A stretch of DNA of 50,205 bases from a virus (lineage: Duplodnaviria > Caudoviricetes), in IMG/VR virus record IMGVR_UViG_3300005805_000125, positions 1 to 50,205 of that record; one strand, given 5' to 3'. This document shows, in pieces, positions 1 through 9,296 of this stretch (position 1 is the stretch's first letter; every line of letters begins with the position of its first letter). The position numbers and the translations under genes were made by a program. The notes below the pieces were generated by a model. It was given only the letters and a program-made list of their open reading frames with translations, had not been told where the DNA came from and searched no databases.

Positions 1-411
1 TTTAGTTTCCAATTTAAAACTTTTTTTAGCCATCCAAATATCAGCAGGATTCCATTTGTCATCTCCTGTAAGTCCACTACCAACCTTCATTCTACGCCAC
101 TCATTATATATGGAATCTACAAATTTTCCGCCTCTATAAAATTTATATCTATTTCCCACTTTTGCTTCAGGAATATCTACAAATATTTGATTTGCGGTTT
201 TAATAATACTTATAATCCAATTAGCATCTAATCCATTTAAACATTTTTCTAATGTTCTATCACATTCGGCATCCTTAATAGTCTTAGAAGTTACTTGAGA
301 TATATCAGTAAGGTCTTTGCCAATAAATTGCCTTGTTGCACAAGCATATGCTTGAAGGCTTTCAGCTAATGCTGTTATTTCTGCTCCGGCTCCTGATATT
401 CCTTCTGCCAT
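1..411 (-). CDS. Partial hypothetical protein with DKWNPADIW motif, possibly nuclease-like; runs off the window edge
   Basis: Not in the ORF track. Read manually from ATG at 411: MAEGISGAGAEITALAESLQAYAC...GDDKWNPADIWMAKK, open to position 1. AGGAG RBS upstream. Confidence 0.75.
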   Translation of the reverse strand, partial: MAEGISGAGAEITALAESLQAYACATRQFIGKDLTDISQVTSKTIKDAECDRTLEKCLNGLDANWIISIIKTANQIFVDIPEAKVGNRYKFYRGGKFVDSIYNEWRRMKVGSGLTGDDKWNPADIWMAKKSFKLETK

Positions 412-413
412 TT

Positions 414-443
414 AATACTCCTATTAATTTTGGAGTATTTATC
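414..443 (-). promoter_or_regulatory. T4-type late promoter variant (GATAAATA) overlapping an RBS-sequestering hairpin
   Basis: Minus strand GATAAATACTCC-AAAATTAATA-GGAGTATT-AAATG; perfect 8-bp inverted repeat AATACTCC/GGAGTATT at 414-421 and 432-439. Confidence 0.6.
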
Positions 444-452
444 CTATCACAA

Positions 453-1568
453 TTACCGAATTATGTCAATATCTTTACCACTAGTCCAAACCTCTATTTC
501 TGTTCTCACTCGGTTTTCATTCTTGAGTGATATAAATCTGTTGCTTGCTTTGTTCTTCCACCAGTCTGTAATGTTAGCCAAATAGTGTTTATCATAGTTA
601 TCATTCTTAACAATCTTATCTGTCTTTCCAAGAACAATATCTTTGAAATTAGCAATACCATAATCAGAGACATAGTACCGTTTCTGTTCAGTCAAGGCCT
701 TGGCCTTTGTAATGGTTGCCATGAACCTATCATAATCTTCTTTATGTGGTTTCAAGGCGGCTTTGGTCATTGCAACAATTGTACTTGATATCTTTAACTT
801 ACGACTTGATGCATCTTCAGGAACAAATGAACCGCCATTGATTTTCTCAACATAGTCTTTCAAATCATCGTATGGTTTACCATGCATCATTGGTAAGAAA
901 TCAGATTCGGTCACACCTTTAAATCTTAGGTATGGTTTCATACCATCATACTGTGAAATAGCCTTTGATGTGCCATACAAACTGGTTGTTTCAAACAAGC
1001 ACATATTCATGCCATACTTAGCATTAATCATTTCACGGACTTCATGTGAACAACAGATTGCCGCCAACAGTTTACCACCAAGGTAATTATACCCAAATGG
1101 TTGTGCAGGTACAATAACAAAACCCATGGCAGATGCGTTATTAAACGATTTGGTCGTTGCCGTTTCGTTTGTAATCACACAGCCTAGTAACTCATTACGA
1201 GGCTTCATCATAATCGTTGGAGACCCTATCCGTATGAACCCGACCCACTTATTAGTCTTTTTCTCAAGCACAGCCAACTTGATGTTTCTGCCGGGACTTG
1301 ATAAATTATTATGGGAAGAAATGATATCTAGGTATAGTTGCCAACGGTCAGAAGGCAACTTAACTATTTCAAATTCCATATCTTCAGGTGCCATTATGAA
1401 GTCAGAAAACAATTCATCTTCTGGTCCACATCCTGGCAATGAGAATGGCCTTTCAGCCAAAGAATTCATTTTCTGCTCACGCATATACTCATCAATGCGA
1501 TTAAAGTTGCCAAAATAATCTTCAAATACTTGGGCAACATATAATGCTTGTTCTCTATTTAAATTCAT
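453..1568 (-). CDS. DUF4338/DruA-like protein, putative GNAT-like fold (paralog 1)
   Basis: Motifs PGRNIKL, IVPAQPFGYNYLGGKLLA and ETTSLYG...SQYD; clear paralogy with 19897..21219. Confidence 0.6.
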   Translation of the reverse strand: MNLNREQALYVAQVFEDYFGNFNRIDEYMREQKMNSLAERPFSLPGCGPEDELFSDFIMAPEDMEFEIVKLPSDRWQLYLDIISSHNNLSSPGRNIKLAVLEKKTNKWVGFIRIGSPTIMMKPRNELLGCVITNETATTKSFNNASAMGFVIVPAQPFGYNYLGGKLLAAICCSHEVREMINAKYGMNMCLFETTSLYGTSKAISQYDGMKPYLRFKGVTESDFLPMMHGKPYDDLKDYVEKINGGSFVPEDASSRKLKISSTIVAMTKAALKPHKEDYDRFMATITKAKALTEQKRYYVSDYGIANFKDIVLGKTDKIVKNDNYDKHYLANITDWWKNKASNRFISLKNENRVRTEIEVWTSGKDIDIIR

Positions 1569-2164
1569 AAGGATATTTTATCTTCATATTTGTAACACTT
1601 CTTTAAGAACCTATTATACACTACCGGATCATTTTTTGCAAACAATTCTTGGTACTTTTCCATAGAGGCAGAATATCCAATGAGGCGCATTTCAATTACT
1701 GCCTCTTGAGCATAGGCATCAATTTCATCAGCATCACCATAATATTCCATATCATATTTCAAATCCAAATCAGCAACTGAAGATTTGTAGCGTCTAACAT
1801 TAGCCTTACCTTTTTTCCTGAATTGATATCGGTGTCGTTTCTCATGTACATATGTCTTAAACATTTCGTCAATGATAAATTGTGCTGCTAATGGATTAAT
1901 AATAAACATTTTGTCTTTATCATTTTCATTAAACACAATATACAATTCAATGTCACTTTCACCAAATTGTTTTATGGGGTTAAAAAAACCTCCAATAGTA
2001 TATCCACTTAATGCAACATTACTACTATCAATAATTTTATTAACCTGTACATTATGTTCACTCATCATTCTACGAGCCCAATACATTATTTGTCTCACAG
2101 TTTTTTCACCAACAATTTTTGGAGAAAACGAATGCATTTTTTTGTAGAGGGCTTTATACTTCAT
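1565..2164 (-). CDS. Hypothetical protein, putative zincin metallopeptidase
   Basis: HEKRH (HExxH) with downstream EIDAYAQE; 4-nt overlaps with both neighbours. Confidence 0.55.
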   Translation of the reverse strand: MKYKALYKKMHSFSPKIVGEKTVRQIMYWARRMMSEHNVQVNKIIDSSNVALSGYTIGGFFNPIKQFGESDIELYIVFNENDKDKMFIINPLAAQFIIDEMFKTYVHEKRHRYQFRKKGKANVRRYKSSVADLDLKYDMEYYGDADEIDAYAQEAVIEMRLIGYSASMEKYQELFAKNDPVVYNRFLKKCYKYEDKISL

Positions 2165-3567
2165 GTTTTAACACCCTCAAATTTAGAATTAAATCTTCGC
2201 TCTCTATTGCCAAAGGTGTTCAGTGGTTTATCATCATCAGGCACACCAGTGTCTATGATACCAGCCTGAGCAGATGGTTCTGCATCATATAACCGCATCT
2301 TGGACCTATCAACACCAACAACAAATCGTTTATATAAATTTGGATCACCATAACGATTTTTCAATTGCTTAACCATAATCTGGTTCAATTGCTCAAGTTC
2401 CTCTGTACTAATCAAAGCAAACATAAAGTCAGCGGTTGCAGGCAAACCAAATGACTCAGAAGTATCTTCCAGGCCAACATCGGTGTTACTGAAACCACTA
2501 CGGGTTGTTTGAGTAGCACTAACAACTGGAACACCAAACTCAACAGCCAAACCTCTTAATTCTTCAGCAATAGATTTAATATAAGAATATGAGTTTACTG
2601 TAGCACCCATCTTAATTCTACTTGAACAACAGATGTTTAGGTAATCAATAAAGATAATATCTGGAACAAAGTTTTTCTTCAACTTCAATTCATTCAACAA
2701 AGAACGGAAGTGTCCTGCATGAGCAGATGCTGTTGGATACTCCTTGATAATTAGTTTGCCTTGTGTCTTATCTTTTAGAACATCAAACTTACGCAGGTAA
2801 TCTTCACGGGTCAATGTCTGCAATTCATTCAGGTCAACATTCAATAAGTTTGCATCAATACGTTCAGCAATCTTTTCTTCTGCCATTTCCATTGTGATAT
2901 ACAAAACATTCTTACCTTGACTTAAAGCCGCAGCAGAACAATGGCACATGAACAAAGATTTACCAACACCAGTTCCAGCCAATGCGATATTCAAGGTCTT
3001 GACTGGGAAACCACCCTTTGTAATCTTATTGAACAGGTCAAGATCAAAACGAATGCGAGACTCAACACGATGATAGAAATCATACCGTGAATCAGAATCA
3101 TTCATGTAATCATGGCCAACGGAACTATCAAATGATACGCCAAGTGCATCACTCAATAGTTTTGGAATTTCACCTTTGGATTTGTTATGTGTTTTGTCAT
3201 CAAGGATTGAAACAGATTCCATGATGGCATTGTAAATGGCTTTATCTTGACAAAACTTTTCTGTTTGCTCGGTCAGCCATTGTTGTTCACTTGGGTCTTT
3301 GTCATCATGTATTTGATTCAAAAGATTAACCGCATTACGAACTTCTGGTTCAGTAAGCGATTTACTTTCGGTGAAATTAATTACTAGAGCTTCGTGTGTT
3401 GGTAGTGTTTTATATTTATTTGTGAAATCAGATATTTCTTTAAATACATTTCTTTCTGTTTGATCTGAAAAATAGTCTTGCCTAATGAATGGTACAACCT
3501 TGCGAGCATATTCTTCATTGTAGATCAAATTCTTCAGGATCGTGGTTTCTAATCTTTTCATTATCAT
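2161..3567 (-). CDS. gp41: Replicative DNA helicase (DnaB-like, T4 gp41)
   Basis: Walker A LAGTGVGKS, IFIDYLN, SATQTTRSG, ESFGLPATAD, KQLKNRYGD. Confidence 0.96.
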   Translation of the reverse strand: MIMKRLETTILKNLIYNEEYARKVVPFIRQDYFSDQTERNVFKEISDFTNKYKTLPTHEALVINFTESKSLTEPEVRNAVNLLNQIHDDKDPSEQQWLTEQTEKFCQDKAIYNAIMESVSILDDKTHNKSKGEIPKLLSDALGVSFDSSVGHDYMNDSDSRYDFYHRVESRIRFDLDLFNKITKGGFPVKTLNIALAGTGVGKSLFMCHCSAAALSQGKNVLYITMEMAEEKIAERIDANLLNVDLNELQTLTREDYLRKFDVLKDKTQGKLIIKEYPTASAHAGHFRSLLNELKLKKNFVPDIIFIDYLNICCSSRIKMGATVNSYSYIKSIAEELRGLAVEFGVPVVSATQTTRSGFSNTDVGLEDTSESFGLPATADFMFALISTEELEQLNQIMVKQLKNRYGDPNLYKRFVVGVDRSKMRLYDAEPSAQAGIIDTGVPDDDKPLNTFGNRERRFNSKFEGVKT

Positions 3568-3826
3568 GCTTTAATAAAATTTCAGTAAGTATGTCACCCA
3601 TCATTGTACTAAATTCTTCATCTTTTTGCAATAGGTCTATGTCGTGTTTACCTGAATTTACAATAGTATAACCGAATTGTAAAGTAGCTAAAGCACCTTG
3701 TTCCTTAACTCTAACCTTTCCATAATGGTATACTACACCGGCATAATTACCTTTTAAAATCATTATGCCGGTTAATTCTGAATCAGTAAAATCAATGAAT
3801 TTATAATCTTTACCTTCTTTAGGCAT
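3515..3826 (-). CDS. Hypothetical protein in the gp40 syntenic slot
   Basis: Lies between uvsX and gp41; likely start MPKEGKDY at 3826, overlapping the uvsX stop. Function inferred from position only. Confidence 0.5.
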   Translation of the reverse strand: MPKEGKDYKFIDFTDSELTGIMILKGNYAGVVYHYGKVRVKEQGALATLQFGYTIVNSGKHDIDLLQKDEEFSTMMGDILTEILLKHDNEKIRNHDPEEFDLQ

Positions 3827-4889
3827 CTTCTTCTTCCAAAAGCAAAGTTGGACTATTTTCTCCCATAATGTTGCCATATGCAATTCCATATTTTTTGATT
3901 ACAAATTCTGAGAAGCTTGGATCATTTAAAATTGAATCCCAAAATTCTTTAGTGTCTGTTTCTTTTTCACGATACTTTTTATCCTCTACTTCGCCAGTAT
4001 CTTGTTTGACCTTGGAAAACCATCCGTTTGAAGGCTTGATGATATGTCCGGACTCAATAGCAATATTAAGTAAGCCTGACCAACGGCTAATGCCGCCATT
4101 AAAAGACACTGTAATAGGAATTTTAGATTTTTCTTTAACATACCTTGATTTCTCTACATTTATGATAAAGTCATAACCTTGGATTTCTTTGGTTTTATCA
4201 TCTTTATCTTGTTGTCGCCCAATAATATATATGTTATCAGCGGAATAATAACTTCCTGTGCCGCCACCAACGATATCTTTTGGAAACATACCAATTTCTT
4301 TATAGGTGTGATTGACAACAACCATAGAAATGTCTTTGATATTCAAGTGTGGCGTTACCATGCGGAATAAAGACTTGACTTGTTTCGCACGGCTCATATC
4401 TGCAACAGATTTACCCTCAAGTGCATCTTCCACTTCTTTCTTTGATGCCAAATTACCAATAGAATCTAGAATAATAAACAACTTATCACCACGGTTAATT
4501 TCTTTTAACTGTTGCATAATATCAAATTTTAATTGTTCAATATCTGTTAGTGGTGTGTGTAAAACACGATTCATATCAATTTGAAATGTTTCAAAGTATT
4601 TGATTGGTGTACCAAACTCTGAATCATAAAACAAAAGAATAGCTTCAGGGTATTTGTCCATGTAAGCTTTTGCCATCAGCAAACTAAAAGCCGTTTTGAA
4701 ATGCTTTGACGGCCCAGCCCACATTGTCAATCCTGGAATTATACCACCATCCAACTTTCCAGATAATGCCACATTAATCATCGGCACATCTGTCGGCACC
4801 ATATCTTTTTCGGTAAAAAATTTAGATTTGGATAAAATTGCACTATCTTTAATTGTAGAATTCTTTTTAATTTTTTCAAGTAGACTCAT
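3819..4889 (-). CDS. uvsX: RecA-like recombinase UvsX
   Basis: AGPSKHFKT Walker A, LFYDSEFG, LDSIGNLASKKE, VVVNHTY, GGGTGSYYSAD. Confidence 0.96.
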   Translation of the reverse strand: MSLLEKIKKNSTIKDSAILSKSKFFTEKDMVPTDVPMINVALSGKLDGGIIPGLTMWAGPSKHFKTAFSLLMAKAYMDKYPEAILLFYDSEFGTPIKYFETFQIDMNRVLHTPLTDIEQLKFDIMQQLKEINRGDKLFIILDSIGNLASKKEVEDALEGKSVADMSRAKQVKSLFRMVTPHLNIKDISMVVVNHTYKEIGMFPKDIVGGGTGSYYSADNIYIIGRQQDKDDKTKEIQGYDFIINVEKSRYVKEKSKIPITVSFNGGISRWSGLLNIAIESGHIIKPSNGWFSKVKQDTGEVEDKKYREKETDTKEFWDSILNDPSFSEFVIKKYGIAYGNIMGENSPTLLLEEEDA

Positions 4890-4929
4890 AATTTCACCTT
4901 ATGTAACTTCGTGTATAATAATATGTATA

Positions 4930-5493
4930 TCAGCTTCGTGCATTATATTGGGTATTCTTTTTGTGTGGCACATCAAAAACAAATGTTATGCGGGTACAGT
5001 TCCCAACATTAACTGTACCGTGCATTTTTTTATTGTCAAACCATAACAATGTTCCTGGTTCAACAATGGCTACATCATCTCCACAATGATATTCATATGT
5101 ACCTTGTATAGATAAATGAAATCTATCTTTAGTTGAATAATATTTACCAACATCAATGTGATCTCCCACAACACCACCAATTGGCAAAGACAAATAGCCA
5201 CATCTCCTAAAATCTTTGAAATTTCTTTTTAAAAAATGAATCATAGATGTATGCTTGTAGAATGCTGGTGTTGGAATACAAATTTCTGTATCACCAACAA
5301 ATTCATCCACATGTGTCACGCCTCCAACAACTAGTTGCAAAACATCAACATCTATTTCTTGGTACCCACGATTCAATAATGACTCAACATCATCCATCTT
5401 ATTTTGGTTTCCCCAATCTTCCGGATACTGCTGCAGCTGACTCAACATTTTTGAAACATTGATACCTGTCTTGATGATTTTTATATCTTTCAA
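4930..5493 (-). CDS. 2OG-Fe(II) dioxygenase, aspartyl/asparaginyl beta-hydroxylase-like
   Basis: HxD (DHID), RFHL, distal His in WFDNKKMHGTVN, and RITFVFD (2OG-binding Arg). Confidence 0.75.
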   Translation of the reverse strand: MKDIKIIKTGINVSKMLSQLQQYPEDWGNQNKMDDVESLLNRGYQEIDVDVLQLVVGGVTHVDEFVGDTEICIPTPAFYKHTSMIHFLKRNFKDFRRCGYLSLPIGGVVGDHIDVGKYYSTKDRFHLSIQGTYEYHCGDDVAIVEPGTLLWFDNKKMHGTVNVGNCTRITFVFDVPHKKNTQYNARS

Positions 5494-8021
5494 CTGAAAA
5501 AATCCTCTAATGATGTTTTCTTATCGGTAGTCCAACCAACACAATCTAAAATCACTTTGATTGGATCAATGAATGCTTTTTCAAACTGAAGATCATAATC
5601 AATGTAATCATGTAAACCAAATTCTCTTGGTAATCTAACAGGATATGAAATCACATTATCTTTAAAAGTATTTGGCTGTTTAAGATATGTAAACTTCAGC
5701 TTCTCACCCTCTTGGACATATGGGTATTGTTTATCTAAATTTAGTTTTTTCAAATGGTGATTGTATAATATGGCACCACGAACATGAATTGGTGTGCCTT
5801 TCTTGTACATAAGAACACTATCAGAATATTCCTTTAGGCCATTACATCCACGTGGAAAAGAAACTTCTTCTGGCGGCAATTCTTTAAATTCTTTTTTGAA
5901 ATCAGCAATAAACTTATGAATATCATTTTCAGTACCATTAACAACAATACTAATAACTTTTTTCATTTTGTCTCGGATAACCGATGGTGTTGATGACTTA
6001 ACCATTTCCATGCCCATGACTTTAAGATAAGGCTCATTGTATTGCACACCTTCATTATTGTATACATTAAGAATATACCGTTTCTTGGCAGTCCAAATTC
6101 CTTTATCTGATAGACCCTCACGTTTCATTTGCATCTTTTGATCATAGGCGTGTAGATATTCAGCTAATTCTTCATAAGATTTGTCTATGAATGGTTGAAT
6201 CTTTTCTTCACAAATTTTATCCATGAGAGAGATTACTTTCTGTTTATCTGAAGTATCTTTAACAAACTTATCAATCAGTTCACCCATACGGAGATAGATT
6301 GAATCTGTATCAGAAGCAATTACATAATCAGCATCTGTATTCAATAGCTTATTCATGTATTGATTAATCTTTGCTTCAATCCAACGAATAGCCAATTGAC
6401 CTGATGTTGTTACTGCAAGTGCTAATCGTAAATCATAAAAGCGGAAGTATTGTGAGCCAAGAGCACCATAGGCAGAGTTTAAGGAAACCTTCTTCGCAAG
6501 TTGTAGGTTATTGTAACGAGCAATTCTCTTTTCAATTTCATATTTGTGGTTATCATCTTTCTCATTTTCATAATCTTGTTGAGCCTTCAGCATTAACTTC
6601 TTAAACTTTTTACGATCCTCATACATTTCTTCCATCATTCTTGGTAAGAAACCTTGAATATCGGTGCGAAAGAATTGTCCGTTTGGTGTTAAAGTAACAT
6701 CTTTAAGATTACTAGTATCAATTTGTTTATCTAATAATTTATCAACAGAAATGCCATTCCTAATTACTTGATGCATATCAGATGTATAATTTTCTGGACT
6801 AATTAAAGTTTCTGGTGAAATATTAAATTCCATCATTAAATGTGGATACAGAGAATTTAAGTCAAAACTGGCCACCCAATTATGCATACCAATTTGTGGG
6901 TCTTTAACATATGCACCTTCAAATGCTGATGTTTTATTTTGTTTAACTTTAGGTGGAACAATAATGCCTTTTTCCAAAAGGTAAGAATAAGTCATTGCAT
7001 CCCACATACGAGTTTGTGCAAAGATATCTTCGTAATTTGTTTTTGTATCGTAGGCCAAAGTTAAACCAAGTTCAATCAACTTTAACTTATCTTCCAAGCG
7101 AATAATAAGATCAACGTCTTTGATGTTATACTCAATAAACTTTTGGTAGTTCTCACGATACAGTGCATGAAGGTTATCATACTCATCATATGAAAGTTTA
7201 CTATCACCAAGTTCCACATTAGCGATATTGTCCAGCTTATAAGAATCTTGTGACTTGCCTCCCGGTGCATACCAACGATATAGTTCAATATAATCTAGTG
7301 ATGATACACCAACCATTTCATATGCAATCAGCTCACGGTTATTGGAAACGACCTTACGCTCACTAATCATACCCCATGGTGAAAGTTTCTTTGTTTCATC
7401 TTCACCTAGAATACGGCGAAAACGATTAATCAAATAAGGAATATCAAAGAACTTGGTATTCCAGCCAGTCAGCACATCAGGACAATTTTCTTGCCAGTAT
7501 TGTAGAAATGATTTACACAAGGCGTATTCATCAGTACACTTAATGTATTTCTCTGAGCCCTTCGTTTCATAATCACCACAACCAAACACAACTGTTTCAC
7601 CTTTTAGGAAGGTTACACAGATTGCGGTGATTGGTTCGTTAGCAAGGTATGGGTCAGGAAATCCATTTTCTGAACCGACCTCAATATCTGTGATTGCAAT
7701 GGAGATATCATCAATATTCCAATCAATCATCTTTGGATGTTCATCAGCAATAAATGCATACTGATATCCCGTGTTGCCATAGATTTTGAAATTAGATACT
7801 TCATCATATCTCTTAACAAAATCACGAGCATCACGGATGGATTCAAACTTCATTGGTTCAAGGTATTCACCATTGAGAGTTTTGAATTTCGTTTCTTTCT
7901 TCGCTGGTAGAAATAGCGTGGGCGTATAGCCAATCTTCATCTTGACTCTACGCCCATCTTTCACACCACGGTATAGAATATTGTTGCCTACAACAGCAAC
8001 ATTTGTATAGTATCTAGTCAT
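5490..8021 (-). CDS. gp43: Family B DNA polymerase (T4 gp43)
   Basis: Exonuclease DIEV and GWNTKFFDIPY; polymerase SFDLNSLYP, KVSLNSAYG, SDTDS, KKRY. Confidence 0.98.
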   Translation of the reverse strand: MTRYYTNVAVVGNNILYRGVKDGRRVKMKIGYTPTLFLPAKKETKFKTLNGEYLEPMKFESIRDARDFVKRYDEVSNFKIYGNTGYQYAFIADEHPKMIDWNIDDISIAITDIEVGSENGFPDPYLANEPITAICVTFLKGETVVFGCGDYETKGSEKYIKCTDEYALCKSFLQYWQENCPDVLTGWNTKFFDIPYLINRFRRILGEDETKKLSPWGMISERKVVSNNRELIAYEMVGVSSLDYIELYRWYAPGGKSQDSYKLDNIANVELGDSKLSYDEYDNLHALYRENYQKFIEYNIKDVDLIIRLEDKLKLIELGLTLAYDTKTNYEDIFAQTRMWDAMTYSYLLEKGIIVPPKVKQNKTSAFEGAYVKDPQIGMHNWVASFDLNSLYPHLMMEFNISPETLISPENYTSDMHQVIRNGISVDKLLDKQIDTSNLKDVTLTPNGQFFRTDIQGFLPRMMEEMYEDRKKFKKLMLKAQQDYENEKDDNHKYEIEKRIARYNNLQLAKKVSLNSAYGALGSQYFRFYDLRLALAVTTSGQLAIRWIEAKINQYMNKLLNTDADYVIASDTDSIYLRMGELIDKFVKDTSDKQKVISLMDKICEEKIQPFIDKSYEELAEYLHAYDQKMQMKREGLSDKGIWTAKKRYILNVYNNEGVQYNEPYLKVMGMEMVKSSTPSVIRDKMKKVISIVVNGTENDIHKFIADFKKEFKELPPEEVSFPRGCNGLKEYSDSVLMYKKGTPIHVRGAILYNHHLKKLNLDKQYPYVQEGEKLKFTYLKQPNTFKDNVISYPVRLPREFGLHDYIDYDLQFEKAFIDPIKVILDCVGWTTDKKTSLEDFFS

Positions 8022-8032
8022 TCATCATTATA

Positions 8033-8344
8033 TCAGAATTTTGTGCCGGCACGGGCAATTTGAATACCACTTCCAAAAATTGTATTGTATTGATTTTCTA
8101 ATTCAATAACGGGTGTATTGATGCTTAAAATATCACAATGATTAATTTTTATTCCTGACCTAAATTCTTGAGAATACTCCAAATACGGAGAAAATGCAAT
8201 TGATCCAGGATCATCTGCAGCTCTAGGAGGAACAGAAACAACTTGAACAGGTTGTTTAATCATCACAAAAGTATCTTTAGAAGATTCAGTTAAATCTCCT
8301 AACAGAGTGTGATTTGTTTTAAAAGTTAAAAGTTTAATTGCCAT
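8033..8344 (-). CDS. Conserved T4-like hypothetical protein, possibly Sm-like; resembles 32319..32729
   Basis: MAIKLLTFKTNHTLLG...KQP...SPY pattern; position immediately upstream of gp43. Confidence 0.6.
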   Translation of the reverse strand: MAIKLLTFKTNHTLLGDLTESSKDTFVMIKQPVQVVSVPPRAADDPGSIAFSPYLEYSQEFRSGIKINHCDILSINTPVIELENQYNTIFGSGIQIARAGTKF

Positions 8345-8571
8345 TATGCAGCCACCTCATAAGAAGCATCATAAACAGCTAGCGTAACCCATCGTTTTGG
8401 GAACAACATTTCACGACCACGAAAGTCGTTCATATCTAAGGTTGGGTCTTGTATCAAACCAACCAATTCAACCTTGTTGTCAAATTCACGGAGAAACAAA
8501 TCATACTTGTCTGCCCGTGTTAATTTATTGTCAATAGCCATTTTTTTTGCGAGTTCACGGATGTTCATCAT
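8344..8571 (-). CDS. Hypothetical protein
   Basis: 75-aa ORF with AGGTGA RBS, first gene after the promoter at 8598-8626. Confidence 0.65.
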   Translation of the reverse strand: MMNIRELAKKMAIDNKLTRADKYDLFLREFDNKVELVGLIQDPTLDMNDFRGREMLFPKRWVTLAVYDASYEVAA

Positions 8572-8597
8572 TCACCTTTTGTTAACATAGAAAAATC

Positions 8598-8626
8598 ATT
8601 ATAACATAACCAATGTTATTGTGCAA
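8598..8626 (-). promoter_or_regulatory. Sigma70-type early promoter
   Basis: TTGCAC-17 nt-TATAAT with extended -10 TG. Confidence 0.7.
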
Positions 8627-8644
8627 GGATTATGTTAGTAAAAT

Positions 8645-8827
8645 TTACTTATTTTGTTGTTTTTGCCTGGTCAAATTTGTAATATAAAGTGAACCATCTT
8701 TCATTTTATAATCTAATTGATCACCTTCTTTCCAACCAAGTTCTTCCATTAATTCATCTGGTAATTCTACAATAGCATCACCATTATCACAAATTTCCAA
8801 AACTTTACTTTCATACTTTTTTGACAT
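8645..8827 (-). CDS. AbrB/MazE/SpoVT-type swapped-hairpin DNA-binding protein
   Basis: NGDAIVELPDELMEELGWKEGDQLDY...DGSLYI signature. Confidence 0.7.
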   Translation of the reverse strand: MSKKYESKVLEICDNGDAIVELPDELMEELGWKEGDQLDYKMKDGSLYITNLTRQKQQNK

Positions 8828-9296
8828 TGATATTACACTTCTCTAAGAAATCAATACCATCGGTTGAACGATAGGTATTGCGATAGTAAACGGAATTGAT
8901 TCCGGCCTGGTGAATAATCTTTGCACAGTCTAAACATGGTGCATGAGTTACAAACAATGCAGCACCTTCGCTTGAATTTGTACTACGAGCAATCTTTGCA
9001 ATTGCATTCGTCTCAGCATGAAGGACTTCCGGCCGTGTCTTTAGCCTGTAATAAGTGCCGTCGGGTTCTTGTAATGGAAAGTAAAGGTCTGCCCATTCGG
9101 AATGTTTATCATATCGGTCTGGGTATTCTTTGTACTCGCAATCGTTTTCCCATCCGGCCGGCATACCATTGTAACCAATACCAATGATAGTGTTGTCTTT
9201 TACTACAACACAACCAACTTGAAGGCGCTTAGCAGAGGACAACTGAGCATAAACCTCAGCTGCCTTCATATGTGCATCAATATATTTTTCTTTCAT
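8811..9296 (-). CDS. cd: dCMP deaminase
   Basis: GYNG, HAETNAI and PCLDC zinc-binding motifs. Confidence 0.92.
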   Translation of the reverse strand: MKEKYIDAHMKAAEVYAQLSSAKRLQVGCVVVKDNTIIGIGYNGMPAGWENDCEYKEYPDRYDKHSEWADLYFPLQEPDGTYYRLKTRPEVLHAETNAIAKIARSTNSSEGAALFVTHAPCLDCAKIIHQAGINSVYYRNTYRSTDGIDFLEKCNINVKKV

